DNA of 64,000 nt, taken from an uncultured candidate division Zixibacteria bacterium (GTDB taxonomy: Bacteria; Zixibacteria; MSB-5A5; GN15; FEB-12). Below the pieces are notes generated by a model, which was not told the origin of the DNA, did not search any database, and worked only from the letters and a program-made list of their open reading frames with translations. Positions 30,009 to 39,577 of the stretch are shown here, one piece after another; positions within the stretch are counted from its first letter, which is position 1, and the number at the start of each line of letters is the position of its first letter. The translations under genes were made by a program, and so were the position numbers. Location of the stretch: positions 640,001 to 704,000 of the forward strand of contig CAWDXE010000001.1 in assembly GCA_963806185.1 (NCBI GenBank), read 5' to 3'.

Positions 30009-30605
30009 GTGGACGATAACGGTAATTTCAATCAACCCGGTTGCTGTGAAGATGGCCAATGCTGCCCGCCAACACCAAGCGGCGAAAGTCGTAGGCCTGG
30101 CCTATGGAAAATCTGGATTTTCTCGGGGGTAATTCTGCTGGCGTGTACCGTGGCGGCGTATTCTTTGTTTTGGCGAAGCGACAAGACAGCGGCTTCGGCC
30201 TGTTGCCCGCCTGGTTCAGCAGCGGCTGCCGCGTGCGGCCAGGCCGCGACCAATCCCGGTTTCGACCACACGGCTGCCCCGATTGGTCTGTCACTTGTTG
30301 TTCTAACTAAAACAGGTGAGGCACTCTCCGGTGAAAAGCTGGCCATGATCGGCGAAGTGCGGACGTCCCTTGAGTCACATGACGCACGACTGCAATTCGA
30401 AACGCTTGAGTCAGGAGACACCGCCTTCCTGAAGCTCGTGAATCAGTATGGAATTACCGCACTTCCCGCGGTGATCGTGACGGGGCAAGACAAAGTCCTC
30501 GTGCTCAGTGAAAGACAGGTAAACGCCAATACGATCCTGAGCGTCTTCAATCCAGTCCCGGCGTCAGCCGCAACTGATTCAACGTCAAAGAGCGGATCAC
30601 TGTAG
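30009..30605 (+). CDS. Membrane-anchored Cys-rich protein with a possible thioredoxin-like C-domain
   Basis: GTG start after GGAGG; 'GCCEDGQCCPP', TM helix, 'ACCPP..AC', C-terminal 'LVNQYGITALPAVIV' (cis-Pro loop-like). Confidence 0.6.
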   Translation: MDDNGNFNQPGCCEDGQCCPPTPSGESRRPGLWKIWIFSGVILLACTVAAYSLFWRSDKTAASACCPPGSAAAAACGQAATNPGFDHTAAPIGLSLVVLTKTGEALSGEKLAMIGEVRTSLESHDARLQFETLESGDTAFLKLVNQYGITALPAVIVTGQDKVLVLSERQVNANTILSVFNPVPASAATDSTSKSGSL

Positions 30606-30610
30606 GAAGG

Positions 30611-31312
30611 ATGTCGATGGACTGGGTTGAACAGGTGCTGAAATCCTCGAGTTTCACCTTCGCCGCACTTCCCGCAGCCTTGGTACTCGGTCTTTTCACT
30701 GCGGTAACGTCCTGCTGCAATTTTGGAGTAATCGCTGCCGTCGTTGGCTTCGCAGGTAGTCGCGACGAAAGTCATAGTCGGCAAGATGCTCTATTCACGA
30801 CTATTGCCTTCACGCTTGGTACCATCGTTTCACTTTCCCTCATGGGGCTGGCGATCGGGCACATCACTGGGTTGGCAGGAACGAGTCTCCAACGGTACGG
30901 TACCGGTTTCATGGGCTTTGCCCTGATTTTCGCGGGGCTGGCGGCACTGAGGGTTCTGCCATTTCGTCTCCCATCCGTGGACTTGTCGAAGGTAAAGCGG
31001 CCAAGCGATCGCGCTGGCTCTACTGCATTTGGATTGGTGATAGGTACGGCGAGCATAGCTTGCACGATGGCCTGTTGCGGACCTCTTCTGCCGCTGGTGT
31101 TTGGTATGAGTGCCGCGCACGGGGGAGCACTTTGGGGTGCTGCCATCCTCGGCTTGTTCGCGATAGGATACAGTTTCCCCTTGGCTGCCCTGATGCTTGG
31201 CGTGGGTCTGGGAAGAACGATGGCAATCGCTCAGAAGGCAATCAAACCCATTCGCATGATAGCCGGAATAGGACTTGTCGCCGTCGGCTTCTGGCTGCTG
31301 GCGACTATGTAG
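30611..31312 (+). CDS. CcdA/DsbD-like transmembrane thiol-redox protein
   Basis: Six hydrophobic segments; 'LGLFTAVTSCC' and 'ACCGPLL' Cys motifs; 'LFAIGYSFP'. Confidence 0.72.
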   Translation: MSMDWVEQVLKSSSFTFAALPAALVLGLFTAVTSCCNFGVIAAVVGFAGSRDESHSRQDALFTTIAFTLGTIVSLSLMGLAIGHITGLAGTSLQRYGTGFMGFALIFAGLAALRVLPFRLPSVDLSKVKRPSDRAGSTAFGLVIGTASIACTMACCGPLLPLVFGMSAAHGGALWGAAILGLFAIGYSFPLAALMLGVGLGRTMAIAQKAIKPIRMIAGIGLVAVGFWLLATM

Positions 31313-31324
31313 GCACGTATAAGC

Positions 31325-32482
31325 ATGACCGATTCAAAAAGGTGCGACAAAGAAATTCGTATTGCAGGATGCTGCAACCCTCAGGTGGAAATCGTGAAGC
31401 TCGTTGATCGCCAGCCCGTGCCCATCTCAGAGCCGATTCCAAGGCTACCTTGGATAATCGGGGCGATGGAAACTCCAGCTGGTAAGGTCCCGGTTGTCCG
31501 ATCGAAATTGCAGCCAGCCGATATATTTGGCTCGTGGAAAGCGCGCTGGGGTATTCGACGCATGAGCTATCGTATTCGACCGCGTCTCTATGCAGTCGGC
31601 AATCCTACGGACGTTTCTCCAGTATTCGTGACCGCCAACTACAAGATGAGCTTTGACCGCCTGCGATCGCAGCTCGATGGAATCGACGGGTGGATTTTGG
31701 TACTCGACACCAAGGGAATCAACGTCTGGTGCGCTGCCGGTAAAGGCACGTTCGGGACGGCCGAGCTCATGAACCGACTCGAAGCCGTAGGCCTCAAGAA
31801 GATAGTCTCTCATCGTAGATTGATTGTCCCTCAACTCGGCGCCACCGGCGTCAGCGCACACATAGTTCGCGAGGGGAGTGGTTTTCATGTCTTTTACGGT
31901 CCCGTGCGTGCCAGGGACATTCGCGTTTTCATGCAAGCGGGAATGAAAGCGACTCCCGACATGCGACGCATCACCTTTACTTTCACGGAGCGCATCGTCC
32001 TCGTACCGGTCGATATTGTGGGCAATCTCAAATACGCACTCTTCGCCGCCGCCTGTCTTCTTCTTCTGTCCGGATTAGGGGCGAACTGGTATTCCCTCGA
32101 CCGCGTGGCTAAGTATGGTCTGACCAACGCGGCATTGGTGGTGTTGGCGGTGCTTTGCGGTGCCGTTCTGCCCGCGGTATTGGTCCCCTGGTTACCCGGC
32201 CGGGCGTTTTCGGTTAAGGGGGCATTCGCCGGAATTGTCCCGATGCTTGGCCTGGTGTTTCTCCACTGGCTGCACCCGGAAATCTTCCGCAGTTGGCTGA
32301 ACTATGCGAGTTGGCTCCTCTTCTTCCCGGCACTATCCAGTTTCATTGGCATGAATTTCACGGGCAGCTCAACGTACACGTCGCTGTCGGGCGTCAAGAA
32401 AGAGATGCGCGTCGCCCTGCCAGTGCAAATCGGCGCGGCCGTGTGCGGCTTGGTACTGTGGATCACAGGATTATTCGTATGA
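31325..32482 (+). CDS. hgcA: Mercury methylation corrinoid protein HgcA
   Basis: Cap-helix motif 'TKGINVWCAAGKGTFG', 'VTANYKMSFD', 'PQLGATGV', 'GPVRA.DI', C-terminal TMs with 'NFTGSSTYTSLSGVKKEM'. Confidence 0.97.
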   Translation: MTDSKRCDKEIRIAGCCNPQVEIVKLVDRQPVPISEPIPRLPWIIGAMETPAGKVPVVRSKLQPADIFGSWKARWGIRRMSYRIRPRLYAVGNPTDVSPVFVTANYKMSFDRLRSQLDGIDGWILVLDTKGINVWCAAGKGTFGTAELMNRLEAVGLKKIVSHRRLIVPQLGATGVSAHIVREGSGFHVFYGPVRARDIRVFMQAGMKATPDMRRITFTFTERIVLVPVDIVGNLKYALFAAACLLLLSGLGANWYSLDRVAKYGLTNAALVVLAVLCGAVLPAVLVPWLPGRAFSVKGAFAGIVPMLGLVFLHWLHPEIFRSWLNYASWLLFFPALSSFIGMNFTGSSTYTSLSGVKKEMRVALPVQIGAAVCGLVLWITGLFV

Positions 32483-32775
32483 GAACAATGTATCTTCCTG
32501 AAGTTGTCACTCTCGAATTCTATGTCGAGAAATGCAATGGGTGCGGCATGTGTGTTCAGGTTTGTCCGCACGCCGTCTTTGCAATCGAGAATAAACGAGC
32601 AAAGCTCATAGATCGCGATGCCTGCATGGAATGTGGCGCCTGCGCCTTGAATTGCCCGGTAGGTGCGATTAGCGTTAGAGCGGGAGTCGGCTGTGCTGCG
32701 GGTATTTTGAACGGAGCACTGCGTGGAACTGAACCCACTTGCGATTGCGGAGAGGACACGGGGAATTGCTGCTGA
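32479..32775 (+). CDS. hgcB: Mercury methylation 2[4Fe-4S] ferredoxin HgcB
   Basis: 'CNGCGMCVQVCPH', 'CMECGACALNCP', 'GVGCA', C-terminal 'CDC..CC'; ATGA overlap with the hgcA stop. Confidence 0.96.
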   Translation: MRTMYLPEVVTLEFYVEKCNGCGMCVQVCPHAVFAIENKRAKLIDRDACMECGACALNCPVGAISVRAGVGCAAGILNGALRGTEPTCDCGEDTGNCC

Positions 32776-32893
32776 AACGATATTCCGACTCCTATAGACT
32801 CTTTTCCAGTCACCGTCAATCCGTCCCCGACATCACCTGTATTTGATTCTCTTACAACGCGTTTCATCTATCACGGCATAGTGTAATGCTATT

Positions 32894-32997
32894 GGGAATC
32901 GGAACTTCACAAAAGTTTGGAGAAAGTGAGGTCGGGGCCGCCATGATAGTCTCCTCCATACTAATAAATGACAAACACACGAGAGGGCCGACCTCAC
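32894..32997 (+). repeat. Junction repeat family B, copy B2, with symmetric inverted arm
   Basis: gggaatc..aaagtttggagaaagtgaggtcggggccgcca; GTGAGGTCGG (32926-32935) and CCGACCTCAC (32988-32997) form a perfect 10-bp IR; minus strand reads WRPRPHFLQTFVKFRFP. Confidence 0.75.
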
Positions 32998-33068
32998 GCT
33001 CGCAGAACGACTGCCTGTCATCGAGAGAGATCGATTCTGTTCGCGGTAGCGATTTGATAATCAAGAGC

Positions 33069-33971
33069 CTATGCGATCTCAGCAACAGCCATCTGACGCA
33101 AGCTGGTGATGTCGCGAAGCGGTGAATTGCCGAAAAGTCGGCTATACTCGCGACTGAACTGGGACTGGCTCTCGTAGCCGACCTGAAAGGCTGCGGTCGC
33201 TGCATCCAGACGTTCAATAAGCATCAACCGCCGGGCTTCGTTCAAACGCAACCACTTTTGATACTGAAGCGGACTCATAGCAGTCAAGGCGCGGAAATGA
33301 TGATGGAAGGTCGATGGACTCATGTTGACTTGCGTCGCAAGGTCATCGATACGCAGGGACTGTGTGAAATTCCCCTTCAGCCAGTCGATCGCCCGCGCCA
33401 CCTGACGGCTCTGGCTCCCCGCCGATGCCATCTGGCGCAGACGAGCTCCCTGATCGCCCACAAGCAAACGGTATAAAATCTCTCGCTGGATAATCGGCGC
33501 GAGAATCGGAATATCCTGCGGTTCATCAAGCAAATCTATCAATCGTTGCAAAGCAGCCAGAAGAGGCGATGTGATCTCGCCGTTCGCCATGCCACGGCTT
33601 GACTTCTGGGCGGGCGGCGAGGGAAGATTGCTGTCAACCATTAGTTGTGAAATCTCGCGGCGGTCCAGCTTCAATACAAGTCCTAAACACGGCTTCTCCC
33701 GGCTCGCCTTGATAACTTGTACGACCGTGGGGATGTCCACTGACGTGACCAGAAAGTGACGCGAGTCATACACATATGAGTCCTCTCCCAGAAACACGCG
33801 TTTGGCGCCTTGCACGACCACACAGATACTCGGCTCGTACATGGCGCTCACCGGTTCAGTCGGCTTCTCCCGACGATACAACATCAGTCCCGGGATCGCG
33901 GTCGTGAGCCGCTCCCCCTTCTCAGTCCATCGGGCAATGCTCCTTACGAGCCCTTCAGTCCAACCTTTCAT
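33069..33971 (-). CDS. AraC-family regulator (YqhC-like)
   Basis: 'MYEPSICVVVQGAK', 'REILYRLL', HTH 'NMSPSTFHHHFRALTAMSPLQYQK..RL.EAR..VGYES.SQFSREY.R.FG'. Confidence 0.92.
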   Translation of the reverse strand: MKGWTEGLVRSIARWTEKGERLTTAIPGLMLYRREKPTEPVSAMYEPSICVVVQGAKRVFLGEDSYVYDSRHFLVTSVDIPTVVQVIKASREKPCLGLVLKLDRREISQLMVDSNLPSPPAQKSSRGMANGEITSPLLAALQRLIDLLDEPQDIPILAPIIQREILYRLLVGDQGARLRQMASAGSQSRQVARAIDWLKGNFTQSLRIDDLATQVNMSPSTFHHHFRALTAMSPLQYQKWLRLNEARRLMLIERLDAATAAFQVGYESQSQFSREYSRLFGNSPLRDITSLRQMAVAEIA

Positions 33972-34121
33972 GCGGGAAAGGTACTAAACGACACCAGGGT
34001 GAACAACACAATTTTTGCACCCCTCGGAGGATTAGGCAAGAATCAAACAGGATTGCTATGTCTAACTTCATCTGAATTGCAGTATGATAGGTCAAAAGAA
34101 ATTGAAAAGGAGAACAACGAT

Positions 34122-35171
34122 ATGTATAACGCAAAGGCATTCTCCGCGGTCAGCCCGACGTCAGGGTTGGCATCTACGAAGATTCCTCGGCGAAACCCAA
34201 CCGAACACGACGTGCAGATTGACATACTTTTCTGCGGAGTCTGCCACTCGGATCTTCACACTGTCCGCAACGAATGGGGCGGAACGGTCTATCCGTGCGT
34301 TCCAGGGCATGAAATAGTCGGACGCGTCACCAAGGTCGGTTCCCACGTCACCAATTTCAAGCCTGGCGACATGGTGGCAGTTGGTTGTCTGGTCGGATCC
34401 GACCGAACCTGTCCGGAATGTCAGGCTGGCTTGGAGCAATACTGCGCCCATTGGGTAGGTACCTATAATTCACCGGATGAACACACGGGCCCCGTTACTT
34501 ACGGCGGCTATTCGGATAGCATAGTGGTCGATGATCACTTCGTCCTGCGAGTGCCCACCAATCTTGGTCTTGCCGGCACCGCGCCCCTCTTGTGCGCCGG
34601 GATCACCACCTACTCGCCCTTACGCCATTGGGGTGTCACCAAAGGGAAGAAAGTCGGCGTAGTCGGACTTGGCGGATTGGGTCATATGGGAGTGAAGTTC
34701 GCGCATGCCTTCGGCGCTCACGTTGTCGTCTTTACCACTTCGGGTGGCAAGATTGAAGACGCTCGTCGGCTAGGTGCAGATGAGGTAGTGGTTTCTCGCA
34801 ATGGCGATGAAATGCAGAAACACGCGCGCAGCTTTGATTTCATTCTCGATACTGTCTCAGCCGACCACGACATCAATGCCTACATGAATCTCCTGCATCG
34901 CGACGGCAATCTGACTCTCGTGGGTGCCCCGGAGAAACCGCTTGCGGTTGCCGCTTTTCCACTGATTCTGCAGCGCCGCAGCTTTTCCGGCTCGCTCATT
35001 GGCGGTATTGCCGAGACGCAAGAGATGCTCGATTTCTGCGGCAAGAATAATATTACCGCCGATGTCGAAGTCATCCCTATCCAGAAAGTCAATGAAGCCT
35101 ACGAACGAATGCTCAAGTCCGACGTGAAGTACCGCTTCTCGATTGATATGGCCTCGCTTAAATCGGAGTAA
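34122..35171 (+). CDS. Zn-dependent NAD(P)H alcohol/aldehyde dehydrogenase (YahK/cinnamyl-ADH-like)
   Basis: 'CGVCHSDLH', 'PGHEIVG', 'PLLCAGITTYSPL', 'GLGGLGHMG'; AAGGAG RBS before the ATG at 34122. Confidence 0.93.
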   Translation: MYNAKAFSAVSPTSGLASTKIPRRNPTEHDVQIDILFCGVCHSDLHTVRNEWGGTVYPCVPGHEIVGRVTKVGSHVTNFKPGDMVAVGCLVGSDRTCPECQAGLEQYCAHWVGTYNSPDEHTGPVTYGGYSDSIVVDDHFVLRVPTNLGLAGTAPLLCAGITTYSPLRHWGVTKGKKVGVVGLGGLGHMGVKFAHAFGAHVVVFTTSGGKIEDARRLGADEVVVSRNGDEMQKHARSFDFILDTVSADHDINAYMNLLHRDGNLTLVGAPEKPLAVAAFPLILQRRSFSGSLIGGIAETQEMLDFCGKNNITADVEVIPIQKVNEAYERMLKSDVKYRFSIDMASLKSE

Positions 35172-36188
<1,017 letters not shown>

Positions 36189-36203
36189 ACAAAACGTCGC
36201 TTT

Positions 36204-36235
36204 AGAGTCTGGGGGGACTGAGGTCGGGATCGCGT
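36204..36235 (+). repeat. Junction repeat family B, copy B3
   Basis: agagtctggggggactgaggtcgggatcgcg; aligns with B1/B2 (agtctgg....agtgaggtcggg) and is followed by a homolog of the A5 downstream flank. Confidence 0.68.
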
Positions 36236-36248
36236 TGATCAAAATTCC

Positions 36249-36280
36249 GCCCCTTTGAGGAGTATGTCGAAGGGGCTTTT
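36249..36280 (+). terminator. Rho-independent terminator (homolog of 16079..16109)
   Basis: gcccctttga-ggagtatg-tcgaaggggc followed by tttt. Confidence 0.72.
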
Positions 36281-36420
36281 GTATGTGGGACAAAGCGTTC
36301 CGCGCATTAAGGTCTAGTTCGAGAGTGACGTTGTAAGCATTTCGATCTTTTCTGATTCATGTTGAGCGAAGCACTAACCTTAGCGCTGTATTATTTCCGG
36401 GGATGAGCGTGAAATTGCTC

Positions 36421-36449
36421 TTGACCTGGGGTGCAAATGTCGATATATA
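36421..36449 (+). promoter_or_regulatory. Putative sigma70 promoter of the rrf2-nos cluster
   Basis: TTGACC-17 nt-TATATA about 30 nt upstream of the GTG start. Confidence 0.45.
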
Positions 36450-36480
36450 GGATATAAGACTCTTAAATCTGGAACTGGTT

Positions 36481-36915
36481 GTGCTATTTTCAAAAGGGTG
36501 TACCTACGCAATTCGAGCCGCCCTGCTTGTCTCGGTCAAGGAGACTAGTGACGGGCGGAAGTTCATCCCTATACGTGAGCTCGCGGACGAACTGGAACTC
36601 TCCTTCCATTTCCTCACCAAGATCATGCAGGTGCTCACCGAAGCACGGATTATGGAGTCGTTTCGCGGTCCGAACGGTGGCGTCGGTCTGGCCCGACCAG
36701 CCAGGGAGATCACTCTTGTGGATGTCATCGCGGCTGTGGACGGCATGGCCCTCTTCAAGGAGTGCGCCCTGGGACTCCCGGGTTGCGGTGAAAGAACCCC
36801 CTGCCCGCTCCACGTAGCCTGGGCAAAACGGCGCGAAGATCTGAAGCGGATGTTTGAAAAAACAACGCTGGCAAGCCTCGCGAAAGATTTGGATACCAAC
36901 TCATTTAGGAACTAA
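36481..36915 (+). CDS. Rrf2-family Fe-S transcriptional regulator
   Basis: 'YAIRAAL', 'FLTKIMQ.L', 'SFRGPNGG..LARP..EITL.DV..AVDG', 'CALGLPGC..PCPLH'. Confidence 0.9.
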   Translation: MLFSKGCTYAIRAALLVSVKETSDGRKFIPIRELADELELSFHFLTKIMQVLTEARIMESFRGPNGGVGLARPAREITLVDVIAAVDGMALFKECALGLPGCGERTPCPLHVAWAKRREDLKRMFEKTTLASLAKDLDTNSFRN

Positions 36916-37054
36916 TGGAAAGAGATGAGCGGGATGTTGTCGATACGATGCGTTCATATTTCGGATATCACACTCCGAAATCCGCTATTCATCCTCCAAC
37001 CCACGTTGCCAATCAATTCAGTCATTTCATCAAATAACCGAAGGATTATCTCTC

Positions 37055-37597
37055 ATGCGCAAGACCTTCACCTCGCGGGCAGTCATCATCCTGGCCTCCC
37101 TGGTTGGCTGCTGCATAATCGGCGGCTGTTCCTCCTCGCCCGAAACCGACGCCGAACGTCAGGCTCGATGGGCACATGGCAATCTGACAGAGTGGGAAAC
37201 GGAAAACGGCATCGGTCCGATATCGGCCGATGTACAACTCAGCGCAATTGACGCAGCCATGGCCGAACAGGGCAGGCAGCACTTCGCGCAGAAGTGCGCC
37301 ACTTGCCACTATCTCGATATGCGCAAAACCGGCCCGGCGCTGCGTGACGTTACCAAGCGTCGGAGTGCCGCCTACGTGCTCAACCAAGTGCAGAATCCTG
37401 AAACGATGGGCAAAGTGCATCCGGAAGGAAAGAAACTGGTGGCTCAGTATGCACAGTATATGACGATTCAGGGGATTACTCCGGAGATCGCCCGACAGCT
37501 ACTGGAATTTCTGCGCTCTGAGGCTGACAGGCCGGCCGTTGCCGCAGAGCAGCAGCCGGGTTTTGGAGTTCCCGCGCCACCTGCAACCGGCAAGTAA
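37055..37597 (+). CDS. Monoheme cytochrome c lipoprotein of clade II nos clusters
   Basis: 'GIGPI', 'CATCH', 'TGPALRDVTKRRS..YVLN..QNP..M'; directly upstream of nosZ. Confidence 0.85.
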   Translation: MRKTFTSRAVIILASLVGCCIIGGCSSSPETDAERQARWAHGNLTEWETENGIGPISADVQLSAIDAAMAEQGRQHFAQKCATCHYLDMRKTGPALRDVTKRRSAAYVLNQVQNPETMGKVHPEGKKLVAQYAQYMTIQGITPEIARQLLEFLRSEADRPAVAAEQQPGFGVPAPPATGK

Positions 37598-37646
37598 GAA
37601 TCAGATTGCAGGAGAAAGATGTCATTTCCCGAGAGGAGGATATAAG

Positions 37647-39560
37647 ATGCTTCAAGGTAAACGACTGGTGCCGGCTGGATTTGTTCTTCTGCTGGCAATT
37701 GGGCTGGGTTCCGGCTGCTCCAGGAAACAGGAAGCGGGCGGTTTCGGCGACGCCGCCGCAAAAGTGTATGTGGCGCCGGGCAGCTACGACGAGTTCTATG
37801 CCTTCATGTCTGGTGGCTTCAGTGGTCAAGTCTCGGTGTATGGACTGCCGTCCGGAAGGCTCTTGAAGGTTATTCCGGTGTTTGGGCAGGATCCGGAGAA
37901 GGGCTACGGGTACTCCGAGGAAACAAAACCACTCCTCATGACCACGCACGGATTCGTTCCGTGGGATGATGCGCACCATCCTCAGCTGTCGATGACCGAT
38001 GGGCAGACGGATGGCCGATGGCTCTTCATCAATGGTAACAACACGCCGCGAATTGCACGAATCGATTTGACTACCTTCGAGACCGTTGAGACAATTGAAA
38101 TACCCAATTCCGGCGGTAATCACGGCTCACCGTACCTGACCCCCGGCACGGAGTATGTTGTCGCATCGACCCGCTTCAGCGTGCCCATCCCGCAGAAAGA
38201 CGTACCGATAAGTTCCTACAAGGAGAACTTCAAGGGAACTATCTCCTATGTCAAAGTGGATTCGGCCACCGGTCGAATGAAGATCGCGTTCCAGATTCTG
38301 GTTCCGGGAATCAACTATGACCTTTCGCGTTCCGGCAAGGGCCCGTCATATGGCTGGTCGTTCTTCACTTCCTATAATACAGAACAGGCCAATACCCAGC
38401 TTGAAGTGAACGCCTCGCAAAACGACAAGGACTTTGTGGCGGCTGTTAACTGGAAGCTGGCCGAACAGCTGATCGCGCAGGGAAAAGGGCAGATCTGGAA
38501 AGCACCGCATTATCACAACTATATGGACAGCGCGGATGTCGGTAAGAGCGAGGTGATCTCTGAAGTTCCGATGCTTGTCGCCAAGGACAACCCGGGACTG
38601 GTCTATTTTCTTCCGACGCCCAAGTCGCCGCACGGTTGTGATGTCGATCCGTCGGGAGAGTACATCGTGGCCTCCGGAAAACTGGCGGCCCTCATTCCGG
38701 TGCACTCCTTCAGCAAGTTTCAGACAGCGGTCGCAAACAAGGAATTCGACGGAGAATTCGACGGCATTCCGATTCTCAAATATGAATCGGTATTGGCCGG
38801 TGAGGTGAAGGAGCCTGGTCTCGGGCCGCTGCACACCGAGTTTGACGGCAAAGGTTTCGGTTATACCTCGATGTTCCTCTCTTCCGAAATCGTCAAGTGG
38901 AAGATCGGGACGTGGGAAGTGGTCGATCGCATACCGACCTATTACTCCATCGGGCACCTGATGATCCCCGGCGGCGACACGAAACAGCCGTACGGCAAGT
39001 ATGTCATCGCCCTCAACAAGATCACCAAGGATCGTTACCTGCCAACCGGTCCCGAGCTTGCACAGGCGGCGCAACTGATCGATATCAGCGGCGACAAGAT
39101 GAAACTGCTGCTCGATTTTCCGACCATTGGCGAGCCGCACTATGCGCAGGCCTGCCCAGCGTCACTTATCAAGGATAAGTCGGTTCGCTGGTATCCGATC
39201 GAAAATAACCACAATCCATACGCAATTCATGCTGAAGGAGAGGCGCGGGTGGAACGGGATGGACGGAACGTGCACGTCTATATAAGCACCATACGCACTC
39301 ACTTTGCCCCTGACAACATCGAGGGGGTCAAGGTCGGAGACAAGGTCTATTTCCACGTTACCAACCTGGAGCAGGACTGGGATGTGCCGCACGGCTTTGC
39401 GGTCATGGGCTCGAACAACTCGGAGTTGTTGATTATGCCCGGCCAGACACGGACTATCCTGTGGGAGCCTAAGGAAGTCGGCGTGATCCCGTTCTACTGC
39501 ACCGATTTCTGCTCCGCTCTGCATCAGGAAATGCAGGGTTGGATTCGCGTGTCGATTTGA
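37647..39560 (+). CDS. nosZ: Clade II (Sec-dependent) nitrous oxide reductase
   Basis: Lipoprotein-type signal with no RR motif; 'SGGFSGQ..VYGLPSGR', CuZ His motifs DAHH, GNHG, SPHG, PLHT, EPHY; CuA 'CTDFCSALHQEM'; GGAGG RBS. Confidence 0.97.
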   Translation: MLQGKRLVPAGFVLLLAIGLGSGCSRKQEAGGFGDAAAKVYVAPGSYDEFYAFMSGGFSGQVSVYGLPSGRLLKVIPVFGQDPEKGYGYSEETKPLLMTTHGFVPWDDAHHPQLSMTDGQTDGRWLFINGNNTPRIARIDLTTFETVETIEIPNSGGNHGSPYLTPGTEYVVASTRFSVPIPQKDVPISSYKENFKGTISYVKVDSATGRMKIAFQILVPGINYDLSRSGKGPSYGWSFFTSYNTEQANTQLEVNASQNDKDFVAAVNWKLAEQLIAQGKGQIWKAPHYHNYMDSADVGKSEVISEVPMLVAKDNPGLVYFLPTPKSPHGCDVDPSGEYIVASGKLAALIPVHSFSKFQTAVANKEFDGEFDGIPILKYESVLAGEVKEPGLGPLHTEFDGKGFGYTSMFLSSEIVKWKIGTWEVVDRIPTYYSIGHLMIPGGDTKQPYGKYVIALNKITKDRYLPTGPELAQAAQLIDISGDKMKLLLDFPTIGEPHYAQACPASLIKDKSVRWYPIENNHNPYAIHAEGEARVERDGRNVHVYISTIRTHFAPDNIEGVKVGDKVYFHVTNLEQDWDVPHGFAVMGSNNSELLIMPGQTRTILWEPKEVGVIPFYCTDFCSALHQEMQGWIRVSI

Positions 39561-39577
39561 CAACGAAAGAGATGTGA

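Noticed and set aside
32767..32800. HgcB terminal TGC-TGC-TGA as possible selenocysteine readthrough
   Set aside because: HgcB normally ends in Cys-Cys and no clear SECIS-like hairpin follows; TGA is taken as the stop.
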